DNA of 64,000 bases from the NCBI GenBank assembly GCA_964534625.1, contig CAZHRF010000005.1, forward strand, positions 41,973 to 105,972. Reading direction: 5' to 3'. Of the stretch, positions 48,944 through 59,379 are shown in pieces (positions within the stretch are counted from its first letter, which is position 1; each line of letters opens with the position of its first letter). The DNA is from an uncultured archaeon. Lineage in GTDB: Archaea > Asgardarchaeota > Heimdallarchaeia > Heimdallarchaeales > Heimdallarchaeaceae. Made by a program: the position numbers and the translations under genes. The notes under the pieces were generated by a model. It saw nothing but the letters and a program-made list of their open reading frames with translations, ran no database searches and was not told where the DNA came from.

Positions 48944-51900
48944 TTGATTAACTTGGATAAGAAGAAAATTTTCAAATCAGTTGAAGCTATGCCAGACTTT
49001 TCCAATAAAGAAGAAAAAATCTTAGAATTTTGGAAAAAAAAAGATATATTTCGAAAAAGTCAACGAAAAAACAAGGAGAAGAAACTATTTAGATGGTTAG
49101 AAGGTCCCCCTACAGCTAATGGTCTTCCACATATGGGACACGTCCTAACTAGATCTATCAAAGATGTATTTCTCAGGTATAAATGGATGCAAGGATTTCA
49201 TGTTGTTCCACGTATAGCGGGATGGGATACTCACGGGCTGCCAGTTGAGAGAGAAGTAGAAAAAAAATTGAATCTTAATGACAAGAAAGACGTTGAAAAA
49301 TATGGAATAAAGGAGTTTAATCAAAAGTGTAAAGATTCAGTCTTCATTTATGAAAAAGCTTGGCGTGATATGACAAGACGTATCGGATTTTGGGTTGATA
49401 TGGATAATCCTTATGTTACAATGCATGAAACATATATTGAAAGTGTATGGTGGGCACTTAAACAGATGTGGGACAAGGATTTAATCTATTTGGGTCATAA
49501 AGTCGTTCCTTACTGTTCTCGATGTGGAACACCACTCAGTTCTCACGAGGCAGGACAAGGCATGAAAGAAACCACAGACCCATCGATCTACATCAAATTT
49601 AAAGCTAAAGATTTTGATGACACATATTTCCTTGCTTGGACTACAACACCATGGACACTAATATCAAATGTCTGTTTAAGCGTTCATCCCAATGTCGATT
49701 ACGTTCTTATTAAACATGATACTGAAAAACTAATTTTGGCAAAAACTATAGCTAAAAAACTATTCGAAAATTATGAAGTTTTAGATGAATTCAAGGGTTC
49801 TGACCTTGAATATAAAGAATACAAACAACTGTTTCCTTATATTCAACCACAAGAAAGAGCTTTTTTTGTTACTCTTGCAGATTATGTTTCAACAGAGGAT
49901 GGTTCAGGAATAGTTCATTCTGCACCAGCATTTGGTGAGGATGATGCAGAAACAGGAAGGAAATACGAACTACCTTTCATAAATCCAGTATTAGAAGATG
50001 GAACTTTTGATGAAAGAATAAAAGATTTTGCTCATTTACACGTAAAAAAAGCTGATCCCAAAATTATTAAAGACTTGAAAGAGCGGAACTTGTTATTTAA
50101 ACAAGAGACAGTAAAACACACTTATCCTTTCTGTTATCGATGTGACTCACCACTATTATACTACAGTACACCTACTTGGTATATCAAAATGACAGAAAAA
50201 AGAGATGAATTATTACGATATAACGATAAAATAAACTGGTATCCACATCATCTTAAACATGGTAGGTTTGGTAACTTTATCGATAGTGTAAGAGATTGGG
50301 CACTTTCTAGAAACAGGTTCTGGGGAACGCCTTTACCCATATGGGAATGTAAAAATGGTCATTATACATTCCTTGGAAGTCTCAAAGAATTGAAAAATTA
50401 TTATAGAAAGGAATTACCAAAAGATTTCAGTCTTCATCGCCCTTGGGTTGATGAAATAAAATTTGATTGTCCGGAATGTGGAAAAACGGCTCAAAGGGTT
50501 CCTTATGTCATTGATTGTTGGTACGATAGTGGTTCAGCTCCATTTGCACAATATCACTATCCATTTGAAAATAAAGAAATGTTTCAAGAACATTTTCCAT
50601 TTGATTTCATTACTGAGGCATTAGATCAAACAAGAGGATGGTTTTACACACTACATGCCATTAGCACGGTTATTTTTAACAAACCAGCTTACAAAAATTG
50701 TCTCACTATGGGGCTAATTCTAGACGAAAAAGGTAACAAGATGAGTAAAAGCAAGGGAAATGTTGTTTCGCCTGATGATGTAATCCCAACCTATGGTGCC
50801 GATGCTACAAGATGGTATTTATTTTCTAATCCTACTTGGTCAAATGCACGTTTTTCACCTGAACTTGTAAGACAAGCTATGCAGAAATTCATGCTAACTT
50901 TATGGAATAGTTATAGTTTCTTCATCTCTAATTCTAATGTAGATGCGTTCAATCCATTAAACCATCAACTAGAGATGGATAAACGTCCTGAACTTGATCG
51001 TTGGCTATTAAGCGAGTTAAATTTCTTAATTCAAGAAGTGCAAGAAGCAATGGAACAATATTCAGTTCATTTAGCGGTTCAAGCTTTCGAAAATTTCACC
51101 ATAGATAAATTAAGTAATTGGTATTTGCGTCAGTCTAGAAGGAGATTTTGGAGAGAAACAATAGACGAGGATAAAATTTCTGCTTATTTAACTACTTATG
51201 AGACTTTTGTTAAGATCACCAAGTTATTAGCTCCCTTTATCCCTTTCTTGTCAGAACAACTATATGAGAATTTGGTCAAAAACATCCAACCTAATTCAGA
51301 AGAAAGTATTCATTTATGCTATTATCCAAAAATTGACCAAAATGAAGTTAATAAGCAATTGTCTCAAGACATGAATAAAATATTGTCTATTGTTACAGCT
51401 GGAAGAAGCATAAGAGCTCAAGCAAATATTAAATTAAGACAACCTTTAGGAGAACTAATAGTCATTGCACCTAAAGGTAAGGAAAATCTTATTCACAAGT
51501 ATGAACAGGTACTAATGGAAGAATTGAATGTAAAATCAATCAATATCAAAAAAACATCAAAAGATTTGGTTTCTTATCTTATAAAACCAAACTTCCCCGT
51601 ATTAGCACCCAAAGTGACTTCTGCTATAAATAAGATAAAAAAACACTTGGAAAATTTGTCCTCTGAAAACGCACAAAAATATGTGGAAAAACTGGAAAGT
51701 AATGAATCTTTTGCTATTGAAGTTGCGGGTAAAAATTATGAACTTACTCTCGAAGATGTTGAATACCATATTCAAGTGACAGAAGGTTTCGAGGGTGAAG
51801 AAGTAGAAGGGTATCAAATACTATTTGATACAACAATCACACCAGAATTAAAACAAGAAGGATACGTTAGAGATATTATTCGGAGAATCCAAACAATGAG

Positions 51901-52111
51901 AAAAGACTTGGATTTGGAATATACTCAGAATATTGAAGTATCCGTAAAACCTGGAAACTTTGGTAAAGTAGCAATAGAACAATTTAAGGATTTTATAAAA
52001 AAAGAAACGCTCGCGGCAAAATTAACTCTTACCGCTGAACCAAAAGGTAAAATGGTAAAAGAATGGGAATTTGACGACTACAAAGTCAAGATTGGTGTTA
52101 TTCCTAAGTAA
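48944..52111 (+). CDS. ileS: Isoleucine--tRNA ligase (archaeal/eukaryotic type)
   Basis: GPPTANG.PHMGH, GWDTHGLPVE, WTTTPWTL, SRNRFWGTPLP, DQTRGWFY, KMSKS. Confidence 0.97.
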   Translation: MINLDKKKIFKSVEAMPDFSNKEEKILEFWKKKDIFRKSQRKNKEKKLFRWLEGPPTANGLPHMGHVLTRSIKDVFLRYKWMQGFHVVPRIAGWDTHGLPVEREVEKKLNLNDKKDVEKYGIKEFNQKCKDSVFIYEKAWRDMTRRIGFWVDMDNPYVTMHETYIESVWWALKQMWDKDLIYLGHKVVPYCSRCGTPLSSHEAGQGMKETTDPSIYIKFKAKDFDDTYFLAWTTTPWTLISNVCLSVHPNVDYVLIKHDTEKLILAKTIAKKLFENYEVLDEFKGSDLEYKEYKQLFPYIQPQERAFFVTLADYVSTEDGSGIVHSAPAFGEDDAETGRKYELPFINPVLEDGTFDERIKDFAHLHVKKADPKIIKDLKERNLLFKQETVKHTYPFCYRCDSPLLYYSTPTWYIKMTEKRDELLRYNDKINWYPHHLKHGRFGNFIDSVRDWALSRNRFWGTPLPIWECKNGHYTFLGSLKELKNYYRKELPKDFSLHRPWVDEIKFDCPECGKTAQRVPYVIDCWYDSGSAPFAQYHYPFENKEMFQEHFPFDFITEALDQTRGWFYTLHAISTVIFNKPAYKNCLTMGLILDEKGNKMSKSKGNVVSPDDVIPTYGADATRWYLFSNPTWSNARFSPELVRQAMQKFMLTLWNSYSFFISNSNVDAFNPLNHQLEMDKRPELDRWLLSELNFLIQEVQEAMEQYSVHLAVQAFENFTIDKLSNWYLRQSRRRFWRETIDEDKISAYLTTYETFVKITKLLAPFIPFLSEQLYENLVKNIQPNSEESIHLCYYPKIDQNEVNKQLSQDMNKILSIVTAGRSIRAQANIKLRQPLGELIVIAPKGKENLIHKYEQVLMEELNVKSINIKKTSKDLVSYLIKPNFPVLAPKVTSAINKIKKHLENLSSENAQKYVEKLESNESFAIEVAGKNYELTLEDVEYHIQVTEGFEGEEVEGYQILFDTTITPELKQEGYVRDIIRRIQTMRKDLDLEYTQNIEVSVKPGNFGKVAIEQFKDFIKKETLAAKLTLTAEPKGKMVKEWEFDDYKVKIGVIPK

Positions 52112-52163
52112 AATAACCTTTTTCCTTTTTTATATTTAAAAGTAACAATTAAAAAGACCAAAG

Positions 52164-52260
52164 GAAGGGTATACTTGGCCAATGATAGTACCGCTCCAGA
52201 CTAAGCAAATTTATTATTTGCAATGAGGAACTCACGACGAATTGAGGCCATTTATCTTTC
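52164..52260 (+). ncRNA. Box C/D guide sRNA candidate
   Basis: Terminal stem TGGCC/GGCCA; C-like ATGATAG, D' CTAA, internal hairpin, C' ATGAGGA, D TTGA; D guide CTCACGACG complementary to conserved 23S CGUCGUGAG. Confidence 0.6.
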
Positions 52261-52314
52261 AACTATTTAAACAAGCAAGGGTTTTTTAATTACTTTAGTT
52301 TTATTTTTATATCC

Positions 52315-53892
52315 ATGACTAATAGTGTCTCCGAGATACCATTCCACCAATCTGGTCATAATAAAACTGTTTCCTCTATTACTAGAATTAAGGATAAGAT
52401 AATTTCAGCTGGAGCGGATGGTCGTATCTGTATTTGGTCCAAAGATTTCGATATTGAATATGCTACCATTTATGCTCATGATTCAGCAATTACTGCTGTT
52501 TGTTGGGATAAATATCATGATATTCTATTGACTGGAGCAAAAGATACGACTATTAAGTTATGGGATTTGTCATCTTACACTCTATTAGGCTCAAAACACG
52601 CACATATTTCTTCTATAATACAGATAGCCCAAACAGATGAACACATTATATCTGCGGGGATGGAACGAATACTTACAAAATGGGACCTAAAAGACAATCA
52701 ATTAGTTAAAGGAAGAAGAAGAAGGGTGCCTGAGATGGAGAATTTCTTCACCGAGGGTAGATATTTAGTAACTACAAATACACAAGGGTTAACAACAGTT
52801 TATGATGTAAAGGACATGTCAAAGATTAAACATCTTTTTATGCGTGATTCAAAAATTTTTCGTACAATTCGCTCTGCAAAAAAAACCATAGATGAATTTG
52901 CTGACAAAAACACTCATGACTTATTTTATAAAATGGTTCGATTTGAAGGTATTCCAGTCTATTCCTGTGTTTTCTCTGACAATTTTCTAATTTTAGGACA
53001 TCAATTTGGACTGCTTTCATTTTGGTCATTAAAAAAATTTAAACTAAAACGTGCTTTATTTATTCACTCAAGCCATATAACCGGAATGAAAGTCTTTGAT
53101 AATTATCTTTTTTCGATTTCTATGAGCAAAGAAATTTCGAGGTATAATATTAATTTAAGAGTAATTGAAAAGGTTACACAACTCCCAACTCATCCAATTT
53201 CCCTAGAAATTATAGATCAAGATACTATTGTGGTAGGGATGATTAATGGTCAGATAATAATATTAGACCACCATTTTAACATAAAAAAAAGAGTAGAGTC
53301 TTTTTCAAGCATAACCTCTGCATGTTTAACCCCTAAAGGATTAATCATAGGTTATGAAACAGGTCATGTGTCCCTCTTTGACTATGATTCACAACAAATT
53401 ATTCAAAAATCCAAAATACACGAAAAAAAAATTGTTGGAATTGGCTATTATAATGACTTTTTATGTACTATTAGTGAGGATGGAAAATTGAAATTGTTCA
53501 GAAAATTCTTTGAAGAAGAAAAGACTCAGATATTACCAATTTTACCCTCTAATGTGACAAATTATGGTAGATATATTACTCTCTCTCATAACTATATATT
53601 CGATGGAAAAAGCCAACTAATTATGAAAGGTGAGGTGTCAGAACAAACAAACGAAGATCATAAGAGAGATTTGATACACCAATTTCTTGTAAGGAATGGA
53701 GACCTCATATTGGTTATAGATGACAAGAAATTGACCCAGTACCAACAAAATAGAGAGAAAATTATTAAATCAGACCTCTATACTGAAAAGATAATATCAA
53801 AATTAATCCAGTTGAAAGATAAGAAAGGATCACTGGTATACCAAAAAAAGCATCAGTTTGCCATTATCAATACAAAAATTATTAGAAAATAG
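52315..53892 (+). CDS. WD40-repeat beta-propeller protein
   Basis: GH...ISAGADGRICIW, AHDSAIT...TGAKDTTIKLWD and further degenerate repeats. Confidence 0.8.
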   Translation: MTNSVSEIPFHQSGHNKTVSSITRIKDKIISAGADGRICIWSKDFDIEYATIYAHDSAITAVCWDKYHDILLTGAKDTTIKLWDLSSYTLLGSKHAHISSIIQIAQTDEHIISAGMERILTKWDLKDNQLVKGRRRRVPEMENFFTEGRYLVTTNTQGLTTVYDVKDMSKIKHLFMRDSKIFRTIRSAKKTIDEFADKNTHDLFYKMVRFEGIPVYSCVFSDNFLILGHQFGLLSFWSLKKFKLKRALFIHSSHITGMKVFDNYLFSISMSKEISRYNINLRVIEKVTQLPTHPISLEIIDQDTIVVGMINGQIIILDHHFNIKKRVESFSSITSACLTPKGLIIGYETGHVSLFDYDSQQIIQKSKIHEKKIVGIGYYNDFLCTISEDGKLKLFRKFFEEEKTQILPILPSNVTNYGRYITLSHNYIFDGKSQLIMKGEVSEQTNEDHKRDLIHQFLVRNGDLILVIDDKKLTQYQQNREKIIKSDLYTEKIISKLIQLKDKKGSLVYQKKHQFAIINTKIIRK

Positions 53893-54017
53893 CATTATTT
53901 TATGTTTTCTTAAGCCTTAATGGTAACATTCTTTGAAATTTAGTCTCGTTATTAAAAAAGAAACTACATATCAGAAAAACCATTAATTTGATATAGTTCA
54001 AATAGATATAAGAAATT

Positions 54018-55217
54018 ATGATAGTAGGTATTGTTGGAAAGCCCAGTTCTGGAAAAAGTACTTTTTTAAACGCTTTAACAATGGTAGGAGCTAAAACAGG
54101 CGATTATCCTTTCACAACGGTTGATCCAAACAGAGGTACTGCTTATGTAAAGAGCCCTTGTGTTTGTCAAAATTTTGATGTGACATGCAATCCAAAAAAT
54201 TCCATATGTAAAGATGGAATAAGGTATCTCCCCATACAAATATTGGATGTTGCAGGTTTAGTTCCTGGTGCTTCAGAGGGTAGAGGTTTAGGTAACAAGT
54301 TCCTTGATGATTTAAGGCAAGCTGATGTTTTGATTCACATTGTAGATATCAGTGGTTCATTAGACGCCGAAGGCAACTCAATAAAGAAAGGTACTTGGGA
54401 TCCAATAGATGACATAAAATTCCTGGAAAAAGAGATTGATGCTTGGATATATAATATTATTATGAGAGAGTTTAAGAGTATGAAAAAGAAAGCATCAGCT
54501 GAAAAACTAAGTCTCTCCAGTATGCTTACAGATAGATTATCTGGATTAAAAATAACCAAACCCACCATTGAAAATGTCATCAGAGAGACAGATATTATAA
54601 ACGATGATCCAAAAACATGGGAAGAAAATCTTTCGAGATTAGTTACTTTGATGAGAAAAAAATCAAAACCAATAGTTATAGTGGCAAATAAAATAGATCA
54701 GCAAACTGCAGAAAAAAATCTAGAACGAGTCAGACAGTATGTAAATGAAAAGGTATTTCCCACATCTGCATTAGCTGAAGTTGTTTTGCGTCAAGAGGTG
54801 GAATCGAGTACAATTTCTTATGTGCCTGGAGAATCAGATTTTACAATAATAGCTGAAGAAAAGTTATCTGAACAAAAGAAAATTCTTTTACATAAAATAA
54901 AAGAAAATATTCTCAAAAAGTATTCTTCAACTGGAGTTCAAGACGTTATTGATTATGTAGTTTATGAGAAATTAGATTTAATAGTTGCATATCCAGTTGA
55001 AGATATTAGTAGATTAGCTGATAAAGATGGAAATGTACTACCTGATGCGTTTTTAATACCTAAAGGAACAACAGCAAAAGAATTTGCAGAAAAAATTCAT
55101 ACCGATTTGGCGGAAAGTTTTATCCATGGTAAAATCGCTCCTACTGGGAGAAGGATTGGTGCTGATTATGAAATAGAACATAATGATATTATAAAAATAG
55201 TAGCAGCAACCAAGTAA
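54018..55217 (+). CDS. ychF: Obg/YchF-family GTPase/ATPase with TGS domain
   Basis: [46 protein letters not shown]. Confidence 0.92.
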   Translation: MIVGIVGKPSSGKSTFLNALTMVGAKTGDYPFTTVDPNRGTAYVKSPCVCQNFDVTCNPKNSICKDGIRYLPIQILDVAGLVPGASEGRGLGNKFLDDLRQADVLIHIVDISGSLDAEGNSIKKGTWDPIDDIKFLEKEIDAWIYNIIMREFKSMKKKASAEKLSLSSMLTDRLSGLKITKPTIENVIRETDIINDDPKTWEENLSRLVTLMRKKSKPIVIVANKIDQQTAEKNLERVRQYVNEKVFPTSALAEVVLRQEVESSTISYVPGESDFTIIAEEKLSEQKKILLHKIKENILKKYSSTGVQDVIDYVVYEKLDLIVAYPVEDISRLADKDGNVLPDAFLIPKGTTAKEFAEKIHTDLAESFIHGKIAPTGRRIGADYEIEHNDIIKIVAATK

Positions 55218-55267
55218 GTATTAAAAAATACAATTGAAAAATTAAAGTAATAAAAAAAATAGAAAAA

Positions 55268-55939
55268 TCAAAGGGTTTTTTCACTTTCAGGCATTAAACT
55301 CTCAAGTTTTGCTCTCTCAGCAGGTAAAGAAACAACTTTACTTTTTCTTACTTCAATCAAGAGAGTTGGAAATATATTTTCTATAGCCTCTCTAATTTTT
55401 AATTGAAGCTCTCCATTCACTAGTTTGAGAACAAAAGCATTAAACACATTTTCCTTGCCTTCTTTCTCAATTATATCATGGATTAGTTTCCTAATATCTT
55501 TTTGTTGGCTACTCCCACAATGTATAGGAGTAATAATAATAGAATAAACTCGAACTTTGGCTTTATCCTTTGTTATTATATTTTGAATTTCTTCAATTCT
55601 AGAACGGCCTCTTCTTATTTGGGAACGTACTCTTTCTTTTGCTATTTTATGACCAATGAATTCAGTCTTACAGACGTTTCCTTGAACATCTATAATCTTA
55701 AAACGCAACTTGAGGGTTCGATCATCATATATATCATCTGCGAGTCCCATCCCTGCCATTTCGATAACTCTACCAAAAAGTTTCTCTACATCATCAGCAG
55801 GAGTTTCTCCTAGAGTTTTATCTGTAACATAGGCAGGAGGCTCTACAGTATACCATGACTTTTCTCGCCACTTGTCAACGATTTTTCTTTGAACTTTTTT
55901 TCCTTTTTTGCGCGGACTTTTCTGAGCTGACAAAGACAT
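55268..55939 (-). CDS. rps3ae: Ribosomal protein eS1 (S3Ae)
   Basis: DKWREKSWY, GRVIE, RSQIRRGRSRI, EVRKSKV. Confidence 0.93.
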   Translation of the reverse strand: MSLSAQKSPRKKGKKVQRKIVDKWREKSWYTVEPPAYVTDKTLGETPADDVEKLFGRVIEMAGMGLADDIYDDRTLKLRFKIIDVQGNVCKTEFIGHKIAKERVRSQIRRGRSRIEEIQNIITKDKAKVRVYSIIITPIHCGSSQQKDIRKLIHDIIEKEGKENVFNAFVLKLVNGELQLKIREAIENIFPTLLIEVRKSKVVSLPAERAKLESLMPESEKTL

Positions 55940-56010
55940 ACACCTAATAATATATGTGTCTCCGATTTACTTTTTCGTTTTAAATGTTATGATTAATGGT
56001 AGAAAACCTA

Positions 56011-56295
56011 TCAACTTAAAGTTGTAGATGCCACATCAGAATCATATACACGTTCAATCAGGCCAGTGGTAAATAGAAGATCGTCAACTATATATCGTAT
56101 AGACGATAAATTGCAACTAGAAAGTATATTGATGTTAAGGATATTTTTTCCTCTAAAGATATGAATTTCGGAATTTTTATCAAGTAATGAATTTTCTGGT
56201 GAAATTGCCTTTTTTATAATTCTCAATAACTTAGATGAATTGGAGTGGAATGAAATACAGCACCTTATTTGTTTTTTATCATTCATGTTCATCAC
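56011..56295 (-). CDS. Second Pcc1-family protein (divergent, Pcc2-like)
   Basis: AISPEN...NLSSIRYIVDDLL; conserved rps15-DHH-pcc-rps3ae position. Confidence 0.6.
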   Translation of the reverse strand: MMNMNDKKQIRCCISFHSNSSKLLRIIKKAISPENSLLDKNSEIHIFRGKNILNINILSSCNLSSIRYIVDDLLFTTGLIERVYDSDVASTTLS

Positions 56296-57976
56296 TCAAA
56301 AATGAAGTTAAATTTTCAGATTTTGATTTTGGATTTGATTTCTTTTTCTCATCAATTGCTTTTGATTGTTCTTTTTTTTCTGCTTTAGATGATTTTTTGC
56401 ATTGAGATCCTATTTCACTCATTGATTCTTCTTGTCCTTTTTTCTCATTGAATTCTTCAGCTTGTTTTTTTTCATTTTCATTATCTTTTTTTGTTTCTGT
56501 TTGACTTGTTTTTTTCTCATCTAATTCTAAGGCACCATCAAAATGAGTATTAATTCTTTGTAAAACATCTTCTATAAATTCATCAGCCAACAATACATAA
56601 TAAAAGTCTCCTTGTTTATCAAAGCTTTCAATTAAATCTCCTAATAGTGTAGAGAATAAAGGAGAAATTGATGACCCTAATTTTTCCATAGTTTGACTTT
56701 CATAGACATACAATTCAGATTTTTTATTTTCTTTAATGTGCATAATAATTGGTTTATCTAATGGGATAACTAGACCATAAATTAGTGCTTTAAATATTTC
56801 CATGGAAGGCTCATTTAAAAACAAATCAGTACTATCCATAAATCTGTAATATTTAAATTCTTCAAGTTTTTCAGGGTGATGTTCTAATTGATCCAAAATA
56901 TATGTTGCTTCTCCAAAATAATCACTGAGAAATCTTACAACATGGTCATATTGTCTTTTTCTATCGCCCAATACTAATGCCATAGCCAAACTATATTTCT
57001 TTTTTAAACATGCACCTTTTATTAATCGCAGATATTCTTCTGCATTTCTTGTTAGTTTGTCCTTAGGTTCAGTAGTGAATATATAAACGGGTCCTATTAA
57101 TTTATAGGTTTCTTGTACTGAACGTTCATTATTACTCATTAATAGGGAAATAAGACCGTCATTTAGCTTCCTAACTTCGTCAATAGACAAATCAGATAAA
57201 GTACGCCATTCGCCATCTGCATCACGCATTCTTATCCCCTGTTTGGAAAGGAAAGAAGTGCATGCTTTTTCATTTCCAGTTAATCCAGGTAGAAAAGGAT
57301 TAATTGAATACTTTAAGGCTAAATGAATCGGTTCACTTTTTCTACCTACGAGTTTTGTACCTTTTTCGACTTTTACATTTTGAGATTTAATGCCTTCTTC
57401 TAGGACTAAACGACTTAATCCCGTTAATTTTTGAGTAGAACTATCAACTTGTTTTTCACCAAGAGCAGAAAGTATTACCAAATCTGAAAAACGAGTGTAT
57501 GTATCATCTATAAATTCTGCAACAAAATATGCTAAAACCGCATTCGTACTATCAGATATATCTATATCTATCCCATCAACTGAAAGGCTGAAAAAATCTT
57601 TAAGGGGGGAAAATATGTTTCCTTCTTCTTTCTTGAAACTTTTTTCAATTAAGAAAAACTTAGAATCACTTTTATTCTTAATTAATGAAATGATCGAGGG
57701 ATAATCCTTTTTACCTATAATGCAATAACTAGAATAGCTGGATTTACTGATATCATTCTGATTTTTATTATTCGTAAGAAAAGATATGTGACAACCTATT
57801 TTTTTTTCATAAAATAATTTAGTTAAAATACCAGCAGCACAAATATTATCAATTGTTGGAGAGATTATTAAATTAATGTTACTTTCCATTCCGAACAGAT
57901 TTTCTCCAAATTCTTTAGCAAACTTCTTTAACTGTTTTATATCTTTAAACTCAATATTTTTTGTCATACTTTCCAC
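56279..57976 (-). CDS. RecJ-like DHH-family protein with degenerate catalytic motifs
   Basis: PFLPGLTGN, WRTLSDLS, LIGPVY, RNAEEY typical of the rps15-linked RecJ-like family; DxDG and DHH motifs replaced (TIDN, IEK). Confidence 0.75.
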   Translation of the reverse strand: MESMTKNIEFKDIKQLKKFAKEFGENLFGMESNINLIISPTIDNICAAGILTKLFYEKKIGCHISFLTNNKNQNDISKSSYSSYCIIGKKDYPSIISLIKNKSDSKFFLIEKSFKKEEGNIFSPLKDFFSLSVDGIDIDISDSTNAVLAYFVAEFIDDTYTRFSDLVILSALGEKQVDSSTQKLTGLSRLVLEEGIKSQNVKVEKGTKLVGRKSEPIHLALKYSINPFLPGLTGNEKACTSFLSKQGIRMRDADGEWRTLSDLSIDEVRKLNDGLISLLMSNNERSVQETYKLIGPVYIFTTEPKDKLTRNAEEYLRLIKGACLKKKYSLAMALVLGDRKRQYDHVVRFLSDYFGEATYILDQLEHHPEKLEEFKYYRFMDSTDLFLNEPSMEIFKALIYGLVIPLDKPIIMHIKENKKSELYVYESQTMEKLGSSISPLFSTLLGDLIESFDKQGDFYYVLLADEFIEDVLQRINTHFDGALELDEKKTSQTETKKDNENEKKQAEEFNEKKGQEESMSEIGSQCKKSSKAEKKEQSKAIDEKKKSNPKSKSENLTSFLSDEHE

Positions 57977-58020
57977 TAATTCCAGTAAAAAAAAGTAAAA
58001 AAAGTTAAAAAATGTTGCTC

Positions 58021-58473
58021 TTATAATAAAAGACCAGCATTTTCAGGTTTATATTTCCAATCTGGTGCGAAAACGCCTTTCTTCTTATAATATTTAACTA
58101 ATCTTCTAATCTTAGATTCCATAAGTTGAAGACCTCGCTTGCTATGAAGATCCTTTTCATTTTCTTCTAGATGCCTTCGTAAATTCACAGCTTTCCTAAC
58201 TAGATCAACAAGATCCTCAGGATATTTAGGCGATAAATTCAAATCTTCAAGAATATGAATCATCTTTTTCCCTAATATATCACGAACATTAGGAATACCA
58301 TATTTGTCTCTTAAAACCACACCTATCATAGCTGAAGAGAGACCTTGACGTCGCAATTCCTCAATCTTCTTTACAATAAACTCTTCATCATGTTTTAGCC
58401 AGTCTGGTTTTTCTGTACGGTAAGGTCTAGTTGAACCGGCTTTTCCGCGTTTTCTTGAATGCATTCTTGCCAT
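58021..58473 (-). CDS. rps15: Ribosomal protein uS15 (S13e)
   Basis: MARMHSRKRGKAGS, IGVVLRD.YGIP, PEDL, ESKIRRLVKYY. Confidence 0.97.
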   Translation of the reverse strand: MARMHSRKRGKAGSTRPYRTEKPDWLKHDEEFIVKKIEELRRQGLSSAMIGVVLRDKYGIPNVRDILGKKMIHILEDLNLSPKYPEDLVDLVRKAVNLRRHLEENEKDLHSKRGLQLMESKIRRLVKYYKKKGVFAPDWKYKPENAGLLL

Positions 58474-58594
58474 TAATAATCACCATTTATTTAGAGACGA
58501 AGGCGGTATCTGGTGAGCATACCCAATGGAAAAACATTAGGTTAAAATATAAATGCTTTGATTAAGCTGAGAAAAGATATTTATTTACTGGAAT

Positions 58595-58620
58595 TCTTCT
58601 TGAAAACCCTGTCCTTTAGG
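58595..58620 (+). mobile_element. Short remnant of the same IS200/IS605 left end
   Basis: TCTTCTTGAAAACCCTGTCCTTTAGG matches 24/26 nt of the left end of the 18643-19037 element. Confidence 0.6.
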
Positions 58621-58693
58621 AAGATTAAAACATACCAAATTTTTTAGTTTCTTGTGATCAACAAAACCAACTCGGGGATAGATGAACCTGTCA

Positions 58694-59257
58694 TCAGCGA
58701 GGTTTTATATGTTTAAATAGCTGACTGAGTGCTTTTTGCCGATGAGAAAAAATGTTTTTCAGTTTTATGTCCATTTGTGCATAAGAAAGTTTGGATTTTT
58801 TTGGAATAAATATTGGATCATAACCAAATCCTAGGTCACCAATCATTTTTTTAGAGATTCTTCCTTGGGTTACTCCAGCAAAAATTTTTATTTCACCCAT
58901 TGAGTAATAAGCAATAGATGAGCGAAATTCAGCTGTTCTCTCTCGATTTTCTTCCATCAGTTTTAAAATACCTTTATTTCCTATTTTTTTAAATATAAAA
59001 GAAGAATAGGGTCCTGGAAAGCCATTAAGAGAATTTATAAACAGACCTGCATCTTCTAAAAAAAAACTTGATTCAGAGAGCCCCTTTTCCTCTTTTAAAA
59101 TAAACTCGCAACTTTTTTTGGCAATAACTTCTAATGAATCATTTTGAGATTCTTCATATTCTAAATTATACCATTTCACGTTAATTTTAAATTTATTAGC
59201 CAACTCCAATGCTTCTTTAAATTTATGCTCGTTGTGAGTAACAAAATTTAGTTGCAT
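58694..59257 (-). CDS. rdgB: Non-canonical purine NTP pyrophosphatase (RdgB/HAM1)
   Basis: THNEHK, EDAGL, GFPGPYS, GFGYDPIF, SHR. Confidence 0.93.
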   Translation of the reverse strand: MQLNFVTHNEHKFKEALELANKFKINVKWYNLEYEESQNDSLEVIAKKSCEFILKEEKGLSESSFFLEDAGLFINSLNGFPGPYSSFIFKKIGNKGILKLMEENRERTAEFRSSIAYYSMGEIKIFAGVTQGRISKKMIGDLGFGYDPIFIPKKSKLSYAQMDIKLKNIFSHRQKALSQLFKHIKPR

Positions 59258-59379
59258 ACGAGAATTTTGAAATTATAATATTAAAATGTAAGGTTAAACT
59301 AGAGATAGAAAAAGTATAAAAAGTCACATGAATAATCATTATTGTAAAGGTTAATGACAAGAGAATATGGTGAAATATC

